From contig CAWJLW010000006.1 in assembly GCA_963843795.1 (NCBI GenBank), positions 124,001 through 188,000 on the forward strand: 64,000 nt of DNA, written 5' to 3'. A program made the translations under genes and the position numbers. Source of the DNA: an uncultured bacterium. Lineage in GTDB: Bacteria > Armatimonadota > Abditibacteriia > Abditibacteriales > Abditibacteriaceae. Within the stretch, counting starts at the first letter, position 1, and every line of letters begins with the position of its first letter. A model generated the notes under the pieces. That model had not been told where the DNA came from, did not search any database, and saw nothing but the letters and a program-made list of their open reading frames with translations. This document shows positions 30,135 to 40,530 of the stretch, piece after piece.

Positions 30135-30844
30135 ATGAAATCAACCGTTGAAGAAATCCGCCAGCGTTTTGAACCGATGTTGAACGTTTTTCCAATCTGG
30201 AAACCGGCCAATCGGCCACTATTGATGCGCCTTTATCGTTGGAATTGGTTGTGCAATCGGTCGCCGCCCTTTAACCTGATGCGACGCATGTTTTGGATGT
30301 CGGTTGTGGCGCGGGCAACTACTCGCTCAAACTGTTGCAACAATTGCCGCATTTGAATGTGACGTTAATTGACCTCAGCGCGCCGATGTTGGAGCGCGCC
30401 AGCGAGCGCGTTTCGGCTGCCACTTCCGGTGAAGTGACCGCGATTCAAGGCGATGTGCGCGAACTCGATTTGCCAGATGCACAATTCGATTGCGTTTTAG
30501 CCGCCGCCGTTTTGCATCATCTGCGCGGCGATGAAGAATGGCAGCAGGTTTTTGCCAAATTTTATCGCTGCTTGAAACCGGGCGGTTCAATTTGGATTGT
30601 CGATTTGATCGAACATTCGACGCCGCAAATTCAAACTTTGATGTGGCAGCGCTACGGCGAATATCTCAGCGATTTGAAAGACGACGCTTATCGCGATCAC
30701 GTTTTTGCGTATATCGAAAAAGAAGATACCGCACGTTCGTTGATGTTTCAGATTGATTTGCTGCGCGAAGTCGGTTTCGAACGCGTCGAAATTCTGCACA
30801 AAAACAGTTGCTTCGCCGCGTTTGGCGGCATCAAAGCGAATTGA
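30135..30844 (+). pseudogene. Class I SAM methyltransferase (CmoA-like), 5' frameshifts near 30170 and 30272
   Basis: MKSTVEEIRQRF..VERFSNLETGQSATIDAP; LDVGCGAGN; AVLHHLR. Confidence 0.8.
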
Positions 30845-30854
30845 TTCAAAATAG

Positions 30855-30888
30855 AAAAGCGCGCTGCAAGTACTTGCAGCGCGCTTTT
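30855..30888. terminator. 34-bp palindrome AAAAGCGCGCTGCAAGTACTTGCAGCGCGCTTTT, bidirectional terminator candidate
   Basis: Between convergent genes; identical copies at 43481 and 56396, one-mismatch copy at 12727. Confidence 0.8.
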
Positions 30889-30909
30889 TGTGTTCCCAAT
30901 CAGCGTTAT

Positions 30910-32061
30910 TTAAGCGGTGCTTTTTTCAAACTGCCCGTGACCAATATGGTTATTGACAACTAACGTGCCCAGCACTTCAACAATCGCTCGTAAAGCCAAG
31001 AGCGCAGTAATATCGGAAGTGTCGTAAGGCGGCGAAACTTCGACGGCTTCCATTCCACACAAGCCTTCTTTAGCGACCAGACGCAGCAATTTCAACACTT
31101 CGCGCGGCAAGAAGCCGCCCGGTTCGGGCCAGCCGGTGCCGGGCACGAAACCGCAATCGACACTATCAATGTCGAACGAAAGATAAACTGCTTTGGCGCC
31201 TTTCCACGCGGTTTCGAGCGCGATTTCGGCGACTTTTTCGATGCCCAATTCTTCGACATCGCCAATTGTCAGGATATTCGAGCCGCGCTTGAGCGCTTCT
31301 TTGACGCCGATGCGCGGGCACTGCCAACCACCCAAGCCGATTTGCACCAAGTTCTCCGGCGGCGCGTTGGGAATGTTGGTGGCGTGGAACCACGGCGTGG
31401 TGTGCATCCGCTCGTCCATGTCTTTTTCCTGAAAATCGACGTGGCGGTCGATGTGAATAATACCGATATTGCCATCAACGTGTTCGGCCAAACCACGCAC
31501 GCACGGATAACCAATCGAGTGGTCACCACCAATCATGATCGGAAACACGCCTTTGCCGGCTACGAAACTGACCGCTTTGGAAATTTGGTCAAACGATTTT
31601 TCGATGTTGGCAATCGTGAACACATCGCCCAAATCGACCAAGTCCAACGATTCGCGCAGGTCGAGCGCCATTTCGTAATTGTAAGTCGTGTAAAGTGCCG
31701 AAATGCGGCGCACAGCTTGCGGCCCGAAGCGCGTGCCGGCGCGATAAGTGGTGCCGATATCGAACGGAATGCCCATGACGGCGGCTTCGTAATCGCCGAC
31801 TTTGGTGACATCTTCGAGATAAGGCGCTTTGAGAAACGTATTGATACCCGCCCAGTGCGGTAATTCTCCGCGCGAAAAGGTGGAAATGGTGCGGTCGCCA
31901 ATCGAAGGTGCGGCTTCCAAGCCCATTTCAAGACCGCGTTTAATGTCTTCGAGGTATTTTTTGTTGGGAATTTTGCCTTCGGCTTCGGCGGCTTCCAAAC
32001 CGTGATATTGTGTCGGATCGTCTTCTAATTTGCCATCTTGGTGATCGTGAAACCAACCCAT
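30910..32061 (-). CDS. gdmH: Ureohydrolase (arginase family), guanidine hydrolase GdmH-like
   Basis: GGDHS, HIDRHVD, SFDIDSVD..FVPGTGWPEPGG; N-terminal TFSRGELPHWAGINTFLKAPYLEDV and DERMHT.PWFHATN as recalled from cyanobacterial GdmH. Confidence 0.8.
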   Translation of the reverse strand: MGWFHDHQDGKLEDDPTQYHGLEAAEAEGKIPNKKYLEDIKRGLEMGLEAAPSIGDRTISTFSRGELPHWAGINTFLKAPYLEDVTKVGDYEAAVMGIPFDIGTTYRAGTRFGPQAVRRISALYTTYNYEMALDLRESLDLVDLGDVFTIANIEKSFDQISKAVSFVAGKGVFPIMIGGDHSIGYPCVRGLAEHVDGNIGIIHIDRHVDFQEKDMDERMHTTPWFHATNIPNAPPENLVQIGLGGWQCPRIGVKEALKRGSNILTIGDVEELGIEKVAEIALETAWKGAKAVYLSFDIDSVDCGFVPGTGWPEPGGFLPREVLKLLRLVAKEGLCGMEAVEVSPPYDTSDITALLALRAIVEVLGTLVVNNHIGHGQFEKSTA

Positions 32062-32166
32062 AAGTGTTCCTTTATCTGTTATCTATCGGCGCTGTGAAAG
32101 CGCCGGGTCTATATGTAAATTGTTGTGCGACTTGCGTGCTGTCCGACGATAAACACACAATAAGCT

Positions 32167-32544
32167 ATGCGAAAGTCTCTATCATTGCTTATGTCTCAGT
32201 TGTGGTTTCTGGTCGTGTTTTCAATCACAACACTGTTGCTGACAGCTTTAGCGGCGGCCTGGCTTTTCAGAGTCATTCCGCTGCTTCCCTTGCTGGGCAT
32301 CCTCGCACTGATTGGCTGCTGTCTCAACCGATTTAGTTACAACACTCGTGCTGTGTTCGTTAACTTGGGCGCAGCCTTCCTTTTAGCGCTGCTGTTTTCA
32401 AAGCGCTCACCTGCCATTGCAGCCGCTATCATGGCTTTTCCGGTTGTCTTTATTGTTACCGTGGCCATCGGAAACTGGATGGACAAGCCAAATGAAGAGG
32501 CTCTGGCTGAGGCCAAATGCACACAACCGGGAACGACAGAATGA
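32167..32544 (+). CDS. Small hydrophobic hypothetical membrane protein
   Basis: 125-aa ORF with ~4 TM segments, opposite strand to the surrounding operon. Confidence 0.5.
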   Translation: MRKSLSLLMSQLWFLVVFSITTLLLTALAAAWLFRVIPLLPLLGILALIGCCLNRFSYNTRAVFVNLGAAFLLALLFSKRSPAIAAAIMAFPVVFIVTVAIGNWMDKPNEEALAEAKCTQPGTTE

Positions 32545-32628
32545 TACTGCCATTTTCTGCAGAGCTACCAAATGGGTGGGCCACAAATTAAACGGCCTCG
32601 ATAAAAGCGTGGCATAGAAAAGTACCTT

Positions 32629-33978
32629 TTAAAAGAAGCGCGCGTAACGCTGCACTTCCCACTCGGAAATCGTGTTGTGATATTCGTCGGCTTCGCGGCG
32701 CTTGATACCGACAAACTCTGCGACCAGTTCTTCGCCCAGAACATCTTTGAACCACGGATCACTGTCGAAAGCATCAATCGCTTCTTCCAATGATTTGGGC
32801 AAAGGTTCGATGCCGCGCGCTTTCATCTGGCACGGCGACAACTCGTAAATGTTATCTGAAATCGCTTCGCCTGGCTCCATTTTCTGCTCAATGCCATCTA
32901 AACCCGCCGCCAGCATCAGCGCCGCTGTCAGATAAGGATTGCAGCTCGAATCGGCGCCGCGACATTCCACACGACCCCCGCCCATCGGCACGCGATAATT
33001 ATTCGAGCGATTGTTCTGCCCCAAATTGTTGAAAACCGGCGCCCACGAATAATAGCCCATTTGACCGCGCTTCACCAAACGCTTGTAAGAATTGATCGTC
33101 GGCGCCGCGACTGCCATCAAGCCACGTCCATGCGCTTTCATTCCGCCAATGAAATTGTAGCCAATTTCGGCCAGACCCAAGCCGCGCGGGTCATCCGCAT
33201 ACTTGAACAAGTTCTTGCCGCTTTCAATGTCGGCTAAGCTCATGTTGAAATGAGCGCCGGTTCCGGCTTGGTCGGCGAACGGTTTGGCCATAAAAGTGGC
33301 CAATAAACCCAAATCCGCCGCGACTTTTTTGGCCATAAATCGCCAGAAAATATAGCGGTCGCTCATTGTTAACGCATCGGCATAGGCGAAATCGAATTCA
33401 TACTGGCCATGCCCGTCTTCGTGGTCGAACGAATACACGTCCCAGCCCAACTCGTTCATATATGTCACCATGCGGTCGAGAAAGGCGAAATTGTGCATAA
33501 AGCCGCTCACATCGTAGCAGGCTTTGGGCAGATTGTCGTCGCGGTTGGGCACGAACAATTTGCCGTTTTCGTCCTGACCTAAAACGTAAATTTCGCCTTC
33601 AATGCCGAGATTGAAGGTGTAGCCCATTTTGGCGGCGCGTTCGAGCTGCTTTTTCAAAGCGACGCGCGTGGAAAGCGGATACGGTTCGCCGTGAAATGTG
33701 TTGTCGGCGGCCAGCCACGCGATTTCTTTTTGCCACGGCAAAATCATCACGGAATTCGGATCGGGCAGAGCGGCGATTTCATCATCGTTCGGGCCTTGTC
33801 CTAAGCCATCAAGCGCGTAGCCGGTGAACAATTCCGAGCCTTCCATCATGTGTTCAAAATGGTTGATGGGAACGCATTTCGATTTGGGCACGCCGTGAAT
33901 ATCAACATAACAGCCCAGCGCGTATTTTACGCCTTTTGATTCCAAATCGTTCTTTAATGCGGCAATATCTTTAGACAA
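32629..33978 (-). CDS. glnT: Type III glutamate-ammonia ligase / GS-like gamma-glutamyl ligase (GlnT/GmaS family)
   Basis: [58 protein letters not shown] start with AGGAG RBS. Confidence 0.85.
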   Translation of the reverse strand: MSKDIAALKNDLESKGVKYALGCYVDIHGVPKSKCVPINHFEHMMEGSELFTGYALDGLGQGPNDDEIAALPDPNSVMILPWQKEIAWLAADNTFHGEPYPLSTRVALKKQLERAAKMGYTFNLGIEGEIYVLGQDENGKLFVPNRDDNLPKACYDVSGFMHNFAFLDRMVTYMNELGWDVYSFDHEDGHGQYEFDFAYADALTMSDRYIFWRFMAKKVAADLGLLATFMAKPFADQAGTGAHFNMSLADIESGKNLFKYADDPRGLGLAEIGYNFIGGMKAHGRGLMAVAAPTINSYKRLVKRGQMGYYSWAPVFNNLGQNNRSNNYRVPMGGGRVECRGADSSCNPYLTAALMLAAGLDGIEQKMEPGEAISDNIYELSPCQMKARGIEPLPKSLEEAIDAFDSDPWFKDVLGEELVAEFVGIKRREADEYHNTISEWEVQRYARFF

Positions 33979-34023
33979 AACTCAGGCTCCTTTTTAGTCT
34001 GCAAGTGCTTGCAGACGTAAATT

Positions 34024-34769
34024 TCAAATATCCAACGGCGCTTTTTCGACCAGCGCTTTTTTGACGAAATACGTCCAATCGTCGACTAATGCCGCGAACA
34101 AATCGGCGCCCATTTCCGGTGTGGCTAAAGTGGGCGAACCGGTGTGGCCTAAGCCGCGAGGTTTGTGGCACGGTGTAGGAAAACACTAAATTGGCGGTGC
34201 GGTCGGGATCGTCTTCGATGCGTTCGGTGCGCACCAAATCCGGCGCAAGGTGCTGCATCAGCGCGGTTTCGGCGGCGTTGGCGTGCCAATCCTCAGCGTC
34301 TTTGGTGTAAGCGCTGTGGACACGCTGCGAGACATCGCATAAATGTTTTTGCGCGATTTGCGCAGCCGGAAAATCGCGCCGCACTTCTTCCAGCGCGCAG
34401 CGTAGCGGAGCAGCGTTGGAAACGTGACCGTTCATCATCACGATGCGCGTGAACCCATACGCGATGACATCGCTTAAGATTTCTCGCAATGACAAGCGCC
34501 AGAGTATTCGGCGACAGCGACAAAGTTCCCGGCCAATGGCGCGTGTGGCCCAGCGCGCAGCCGAACGGCAGCGCAGGCAAAACCGGAACGCCGGTGCGCG
34601 CTGAAACCGCGTGCGCCACGGTTTGGGCGCATAGCGTATCAACGTTGAGCGGCAGATGCGGGCCGTGCTGCTCGGTCGAGCCGATGGGGAAAAGTACGAT
34701 ATCAACGCCATCGGTTCGCATATCGCGCACAATTTCCCACGTCAATTCTTCCCATAAAACCGGCTTCAT
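34024..34769 (-). pseudogene. Creatininase/creatinine amidohydrolase family protein, frameshifts near 34490 and 34150
   Basis: PIGSTEQHGPHLPL.VD, H...WPGTLSL, NGH.SN, DWHANAAET, G.P..AT.E.G. Confidence 0.85.
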
Positions 34770-35490
34770 TCCGCTTCCTTTTCCTGCAAGTACTTGCGGA
34801 TGACTTCACGATAACGCGCGCCATCCATAATTTCGTTGTGGCACGGATAAGCAACTTCGACCGGCAATTCGCGCAACCTTTTCATGGTTTCGATATAAGT
34901 GGGAATATCGCTGCATGGCAGGAAATCGAAAATCTCGCCATCGTAAATCGCATCCGTCGAAAATAACGCGCGATTGGCTTCGTCCCATAAACAAATCAAA
35001 CCCGGACTGTGGCCGGGTGCGTGAATGACTTGTAACTGTCGGTCGCCCAAATCGAGAATTTCGCCATCGTGTAAAATTCGCGTCGCGGGCGCGGCTTTGG
35101 GCTGCCAATCTTGCGCGGTGAAAGTTGGATAGGGCAAAAACGCGAAATCTTCGGTTGCTAAAAACCGCTCGCCATAAGTATTTTCGCGCGTGGGTTGCGC
35201 CAAAATTTCGGCTTCATCCGCGTGCGCCCAACGCTCATCGAATTCCCAATTGCTGCCCAGATGATCGTAGTGCGAATGGCTGGCAATTAAAATCGGATTT
35301 TCGCTCAGCGGCGCGATAAATTCGCGCAGCGAAGCCAAACCCAAACCGGAATCAATCACGATGTCGAAATCGCGGCCTTTAACCAGGAAAATATTGCAGC
35401 GATAATCGGCGCGATAAGCAGGCTCAGTGATGTGCCAGATATTGCGGCGACTTCGCGGTAAGCAAACCAATGGGAAGTACGTGAACTCAT
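34766..35490 (-). CDS. Metallo-beta-lactamase fold hydrolase (probable frameshift near 35450)
   Basis: SHSHYDHLG, APGHSPG, STD, PCH; ATG overlaps the upstream stop. Confidence 0.85.
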
Positions 35491-36507
35491 GGCGTGGGCA
35501 GAAATTGTGATATGAATAGATTGCTGTTCTGTGGCGGCTGTGCCATTACTTTTTGTGCCACGAAGAAGTCGGCGATCTCCTGTGATGTCTGCGCCAAAGT
35601 TCCCGGCTTGTCGGCTGTGCCCATCAAAGTTGCGTTTTCGGCTGTGTTATACAATTTCACTTTGCCCAGCATTGCGGTCGCTTCTTCTTTGCTCACGCCG
35701 AAGTATTTCTGTGCGGTAGCGGCGGCCAAATCGGGATTTTTCACAGCTTCCTCGTTGCCTTTGGCGCAAGCGGCGACGAAGGCTTTAACATCGGCAGGCC
35801 GGTCGTCAATTACTTTGCGGCTCACCGTCAAGACATCGACAATGAGGTTGGGCACTTCTTTGCTGGAAAAGACGATTTTACCGCCCGCGCCTGCGGCTTT
35901 GGAAAGCCACGGTTCCCACGTCACCGCTGCGGGAACTTTGCCCGCCAATACCGCCGCGCCGCCAGCGTCGGCGTCCATGTTGGTAATCGTGATATCGCTG
36001 GGTTTCATGTCGTTCTTTTCCAACGCTTTGAGCAGCAGAAACTCATTGGTCTGGCCTTTGGTCGCTGCCACTAGTTTTGCCTTTCAAATCTTGCAGTGAA
36101 GCGATGCCTTTTTCCGTCACGATGCCATCGGCACCATTGCTGGTGTCAACGGCGAAAACGTTTTGCAACGGGTTAGTATTCGCGTCGCGCGAAAGTAAAA
36201 TCGGCGTGTCGGCGGTGGTTAAAGCGGCTTCGATTTGGCCAGAAATCAAGGGCGGCACGCCATCGGCGGGGCCGGAAAATTCTTTCCATTCCACGTTCAA
36301 GCCCGCGTCTTTGAAATAACCTTTATCGCGCGCCAGCATCACGCCGCTAAATCCAATCCATTGATTGAACGCGACGCGAAACGGCTTGTCGGAAACCGTC
36401 TCCGTCACAGCAGAATTTGTTGCGTTGTTGGTCGCTGTTGTGGTTTGCGACGCGCAGCCCGCAATGAGCAATGAAGCCGATAGTGCGGCTAAAAGATTAA
36501 TTTTCAT
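35487..36507 (-). pseudogene. ABC substrate-binding lipoprotein (SsuA/THI5-like), frameshift near 36075
   Basis: Lipobox LIAGC; WIGF....LA.DKGYF; D.SNGADGIV; AAVTWEPWLS. Confidence 0.82.
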
Positions 36508-37184
36508 AATTGGGTGGTTGCGATTAAAGCATCGCTTTGTGCGGCCCAGCCCACAGCGCCGCTTTCGGAAGTAATCACCGCGATGGCAGCTTGGTGTTCG
36601 CTTTCATCGAAGGCCGCGCAGCAATCTTCGAGGAGTAAAGAGAAAAAGCCCAAATCGTTGGCCGCGCGATAAGTGGCCAGCACGCAGCATTGCGTGGTGA
36701 GGCCGCAAATCAATAGATGCGTGATGCCTTGAGCGCGCAGTTGGGCTTCTAAATCGGTGCCGCAAAAGATGGATTGCGCGGGTTTGAAAATTACGGTTTC
36801 CTCGTCGCACGGTGATAGCTCGGCAAGTACTTGCGCGCCCCATTCGCCGCGAACTAAGAAGCGTCCACTTTTGCCCGCGCTGCCGACGGGATAACCGGCG
36901 TTTTTGTAGCGATAGGCTTTGGACGACGGTAAATCGGACAAATCATTTTGGTGCGCCTCGATTGTCCAAATCACCGGTATCTCGCATTCGCGCGCCCATG
37001 AAACGACGCGTTGAATCGGCGCAATGACTGAGCGAATCGAAGCGTCTAATTTCAAATCGTGCAGACAAAAACCATCGGGATGACAGAAATCGTTTTGCAC
37101 ATCAATCACCAAAAGCGCGCTGCGTTCGAGGTCGAGTGGGAAAGCGTGCGGACAGGCTGGCACGATGAAATTCATGACGTGCAT
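36504..37184 (-). CDS. Isochorismatase-family cysteine hydrolase (biuret/guanylurea hydrolase-like)
   Basis: IDVQNDFC, H..DLSDLP, G..GRFLVRGEWG, FKP, GLTTQCCV; D-K-C triad. Confidence 0.85.
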   Translation of the reverse strand: MHVMNFIVPACPHAFPLDLERSALLVIDVQNDFCHPDGFCLHDLKLDASIRSVIAPIQRVVSWARECEIPVIWTIEAHQNDLSDLPSSKAYRYKNAGYPVGSAGKSGRFLVRGEWGAQVLAELSPCDEETVIFKPAQSIFCGTDLEAQLRAQGITHLLICGLTTQCCVLATYRAANDLGFFSLLLEDCCAAFDESEHQAAIAVITSESGAVGWAAQSDALIATTQL

Positions 37185-37188
37185 AATT

Positions 37189-38034
37189 TTAGCTGTTGGC
37201 TGAGGCCAATTCGGCATCCACGACTTTGCGGCCTTCGTCGTGCAGCAAGTGCGAAACTTCTTTGCGCAATTCAAAAAATTCTGTGCTGTCGCGCGCACTC
37301 GCATCACGGTCTTGACCGAAGGGCACCGCAATTTCGGCTTTGAAATGGCCGGGGCGCGCCGTCATCACGAAAATGCGGTCGGCGAGGTAAATCGCTTCGT
37401 CAATGTCGTGTGTGATGAGTAGGGCGGTGGTTTTTTCGTGTTTGCGAATGCCCAGCACCAAATCTTGCATCACGGCGCGCGTTTGTGCATCGAGAGCGCC
37501 GAACGGTTCGTCCATCAGTAGAATGCGCGGCGCGTTGGCCAGGGCGCGCGCAATCGCCACACGCTGACGCATTCCGCCGGAAAGCTGCTTGGGAAAATGA
37601 TGATGAAATCCGTGCAAATCGACTTCGGCCAGAAAATGCGAGGCGCGCTTTTCCTGTTCTTCCAAGCTCAACTTTTGCATGCGCGGCCCGAATTTCACGT
37701 TTTCGCGCACCGTCAGCCACGGGAACAGCGTGTAGGCTTGAAACACCATGCCGCGCTCGGCGCCGGGATCGAAAAATTCCTGTCCATCGAGAAACATGTG
37801 GCCCGAACTCGGCTCGGTCAGGCCGCCGATAATGTGCAGCAAAGTACTTTTGCCACAGCCCGATGGGCCGACAATCGCCACAAATTCGCCCTCGTCCATC
37901 GCAAAGGTCGTCGGCTCTAAGGCCAAAGTGGAACCTTTGCGAGTTGTGTAGGATTTCGAGATGTCTTCGATGTGTAGAATCGGTTCGATTTTTGGTGGCG
38001 CGCTTTCGCTTTTAGATTTGGAGGCAGCGATCAT
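37189..38034 (-). CDS. ABC transporter ATP-binding protein (TauB/SsuB/NrtD type)
   Basis: GPSGCGKST, LSGGMRQR, LLMDEPFGALD, ITHD. Confidence 0.95.
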   Translation of the reverse strand: MIAASKSKSESAPPKIEPILHIEDISKSYTTRKGSTLALEPTTFAMDEGEFVAIVGPSGCGKSTLLHIIGGLTEPSSGHMFLDGQEFFDPGAERGMVFQAYTLFPWLTVRENVKFGPRMQKLSLEEQEKRASHFLAEVDLHGFHHHFPKQLSGGMRQRVAIARALANAPRILLMDEPFGALDAQTRAVMQDLVLGIRKHEKTTALLITHDIDEAIYLADRIFVMTARPGHFKAEIAVPFGQDRDASARDSTEFFELRKEVSHLLHDEGRKVVDAELASANS

Positions 38035-38900
38035 CCGTTTCTCCCTTGTTCGGCCCACGGCAACAAACGCGGCTGCAAGAATTTAAATAGCATGTCGGTG
38101 GCAAGGCCCAGTAAGCCCAGCACCAAAATGCCGACGAAAATTTCATCGGTGCGCAAAAAACGCTGCGCCTTCATAATGCGATAGCCCAAACCCGAATCGG
38201 TCGCTACCACTTCGGCAATCACTAAATAAGTCCATGCCCAGCCAATCATCGTGCGGCAGGTTTCCATGATACCGGGCAGCGTGGCTGGCAGCAACACATT
38301 GAACAAAACCTGATGCGGTTTCGCGCCCAGCGTGCGCGATGCGTTGAGCAAATCTTTGGGCACCAAGCGCGTTACATCGGCGACGATGATAATCATCTGG
38401 AAATACGTGCCCAGAAAAATCAACAAAACCTTCGCGCCTTCGCCGATGCCCGCCGCGACCATGACCAGCGGAATCAAAGCCGGAACCGGAATGTAGCGAA
38501 TGAACCCGTTGAGCGGTTCTTGCGAGGCTTCGATGCCTTTATACGCGCCGATGAGAATGCCCAATGGAATCGCCAAAACCGCCGACGCCAAGAAGCCCAT
38601 CGAGATGCGGAAGACCGAAATTTTCATGTCCGGCCACAATTCGCCGCTGCTCCACAAACGCGCTGCTGCGCTGAGAACCGCGCCCGGCGTGGGCAAAATC
38701 AGTGGCGAAACTTTGCCGCCATAAGACAGAAAACACCACAGCGCGATGACGATGGCGAACGTGCTACAGGACAGCAGCCAATAAACTTTGGCGGGAAGTT
38801 CGGCGCCTAAGCGAAACATATTTGGCTTGCGGCGCGACGTGATGGCAGTGGGCGATGCGCCGGGTGTGGCGATGAGTTCAACGTTGGATGAGGCTTGCAT
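38031..38900 (-). CDS. ABC transporter permease (TauC/SsuC type)
   Basis: LPTPGAV, RYIPVPALIPL, ASRTLGA, WTYLVIAE..GLG. Confidence 0.93.
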   Translation of the reverse strand: MQASSNVELIATPGASPTAITSRRKPNMFRLGAELPAKVYWLLSCSTFAIVIALWCFLSYGGKVSPLILPTPGAVLSAAARLWSSGELWPDMKISVFRISMGFLASAVLAIPLGILIGAYKGIEASQEPLNGFIRYIPVPALIPLVMVAAGIGEGAKVLLIFLGTYFQMIIIVADVTRLVPKDLLNASRTLGAKPHQVLFNVLLPATLPGIMETCRTMIGWAWTYLVIAEVVATDSGLGYRIMKAQRFLRTDEIFVGILVLGLLGLATDMLFKFLQPRLLPWAEQGRNG

Positions 38901-38951
38901 GTGAATCTTCTCCCGTTGGTGACTGCAAGTACTTGCACGAGCAAACCAGTA

Positions 38952-40086
38952 CTATTTTTTGTAATCGTAAGGCGCGGCTTTGCCCAAACCTTTTTTCACC
39001 GATGCCTGCACAAATTTGGCATCAATCGCTGCCGCGTAATCTGGCACTTTAGGAATTTGTTTGGCGTCCACCAAAACTTGCGCGTTGTCCTGTCCCGACA
39101 CATACAGCGAAGTCGGCTTCTCGCTTTTCTGCATCGCATTCGAGCGCTTCGGGCGCACTGAAAATGCGCGTGCCCATCAGGAACGATTTGTAATCGGCCA
39201 CCGGCGTATCGGTGCGTTTGGCGAGAATTTTCACGGCTTCGTCCGGGTTGGCTTTCCACCAATCCATGGCGTCATACCAAGCATCAACGATTTTCTGAAT
39301 TTCTTCGCTGCGTTTGCCGACGACATCGCTTTTCATCACCAGCAAATCGGGAATCGAACCGGGCACATCGGAAGAATCGAAAACTGCGGTCGAGCCTTTG
39401 AGGTCGTTGAGGATTTTGGTGCGCGACGGCTCCCAAACTACAGCGGCATCGACTTGTTTCGACAGCATCGCGGCGGGGCAATCTTGCACTTTGATGTTAG
39501 TGAACTGCATATCTTTTTCGCTCATGCCGTTGGCTTCAAGCGCTTTCAATAAAAGAAAGTGGTCGCAAGTCCCCAACTCGGTCGCCACTTTTTTGCCCTT
39601 CAAATCTTTGACGCTTTTGAAGCCGGGCTGCGCGATCATCGCATCGTTGCCAAACGAATTGTCATTCACTAGAATCGCTTTCAAATCCAAGCCTTGCGCC
39701 AATGGCCCCATCGTATCGCTCCACGTCTGACAGTTGGCATCGACTTGTCCCGCAGCCAGCGCATTCAATGAATCGGTATAAACCGGAAACCAGACCAGCT
39801 TCACATTAGCGCCGTGCTTTTTGAAAAAGCCCTGTTGGTCGGCGATGTCCCACGCCACCCAGCCCGGCCAATCGGAGTAACCGATGGTAATGGGTTCGCC
39901 AGAAGCGGCGGGCGCACCAGCCGACGACGCAGTTTGGGTGTTCGAATCGGGCGTTGCCGCGTTGTTACCGCAGCCGGACGCGCTGAAAAGCAGCGCGGCA
40001 CAGGTGGCGAGCGTGGCGCAGGCGCGGCGTAGAAATCGAACGGGAGAAACGGGCGGGGTTGTGGGGCGAGTGAACGGCGAAATCAT
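38952..40086 (-). pseudogene. ABC substrate-binding lipoprotein (SsuA/THI5-like), frameshift near 39145
   Basis: Lipobox ASGC; IGYSDWPGWVAW, VNDNSFGND, AAVVWEP, IPDLLV; GAGGAG RBS. Confidence 0.85.
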
Positions 40087-40247
40087 GGGCTTGGCTCCTC
40101 TATCGAATAGAATATGGGCCAGCCGTTGAGGAAATGCGGCGTTTGCGCGGGCAAAACCAAAGCGTCGAAATCGCTGTGTCGAAATCGGTAGGAATGGTAC
40201 GCGAACGTTCTTTCTTTCCACCAGCGGCGGCGGGAAGGCCAGAATCC

Positions 40248-40309
40248 AGCGTCGTGGGCCAAAGCTGTTGCTGCGCAACTTTGTCTTCCGTTCGTGTCCT
40301 GAGCCGACA
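40248..40309 (-). promoter_or_regulatory. Candidate cis-regulatory RNA in the operon leader (glnA/glutamine-riboswitch-like architecture)
   Basis: Minus strand: UGUCG...ACGGAAG-ACAAAG-UUGC-GCA-GCAA-CAG-CUUUG-GCCCA-CGACG-C; closing stem, GGAAG junction and a hairpin. Confidence 0.3.
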
Positions 40310-40467
40310 ATTGATCGCATTCAATTTCGTTGAACAACCGCACGAAAGCTGAACGCGATTTGATTATCCGCAGCTTAGATTTCACGGATGTTTCGTGGGC
40401 GTAAACTTTTCGCTGCGTTACGGTAAAATCCACAAATCGCGCTTGCCAAGCGCATCCTCAATGCGCC

Positions 40468-40503
40468 AAAATGTGCGCTGCAAGTACTTGCAGCGCACAT
40501 TTT
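40468..40503. repeat. 36-bp perfect palindrome with the iterated core
   Basis: AAAATGTGCGCTGCAAGTACTTGCAGCGCACATTTT between divergent genes. Confidence 0.9.
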
Positions 40504-40530
40504 CGTCGTTAAATTTGGGAGGCGATTCAC

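Noticed and set aside
28455..40086. Programmed frameshifting or mass pseudogenisation (cimA, methyltransferase, creatininase, MBL, both SBPs; also HupE and the terminal large gene)
   Set aside because: Many scattered single-base indels with otherwise intact motifs and no shared slippery sequence are best explained by sequencing or assembly error; read polishing would settle it
39049..40320. 423-aa ORF with a long N-terminal extension on SBP1
   Set aside because: The RBS and lipoprotein signal support a start at 40086; upstream sequence is more plausibly leader
40090..40440. Canonical guanidine-I/II/III riboswitch
   Set aside because: Could not find the ykkC 3' consensus, twin ACGR hairpins or the ykkC-III pattern by eye; an Infernal scan is needed to exclude them formally
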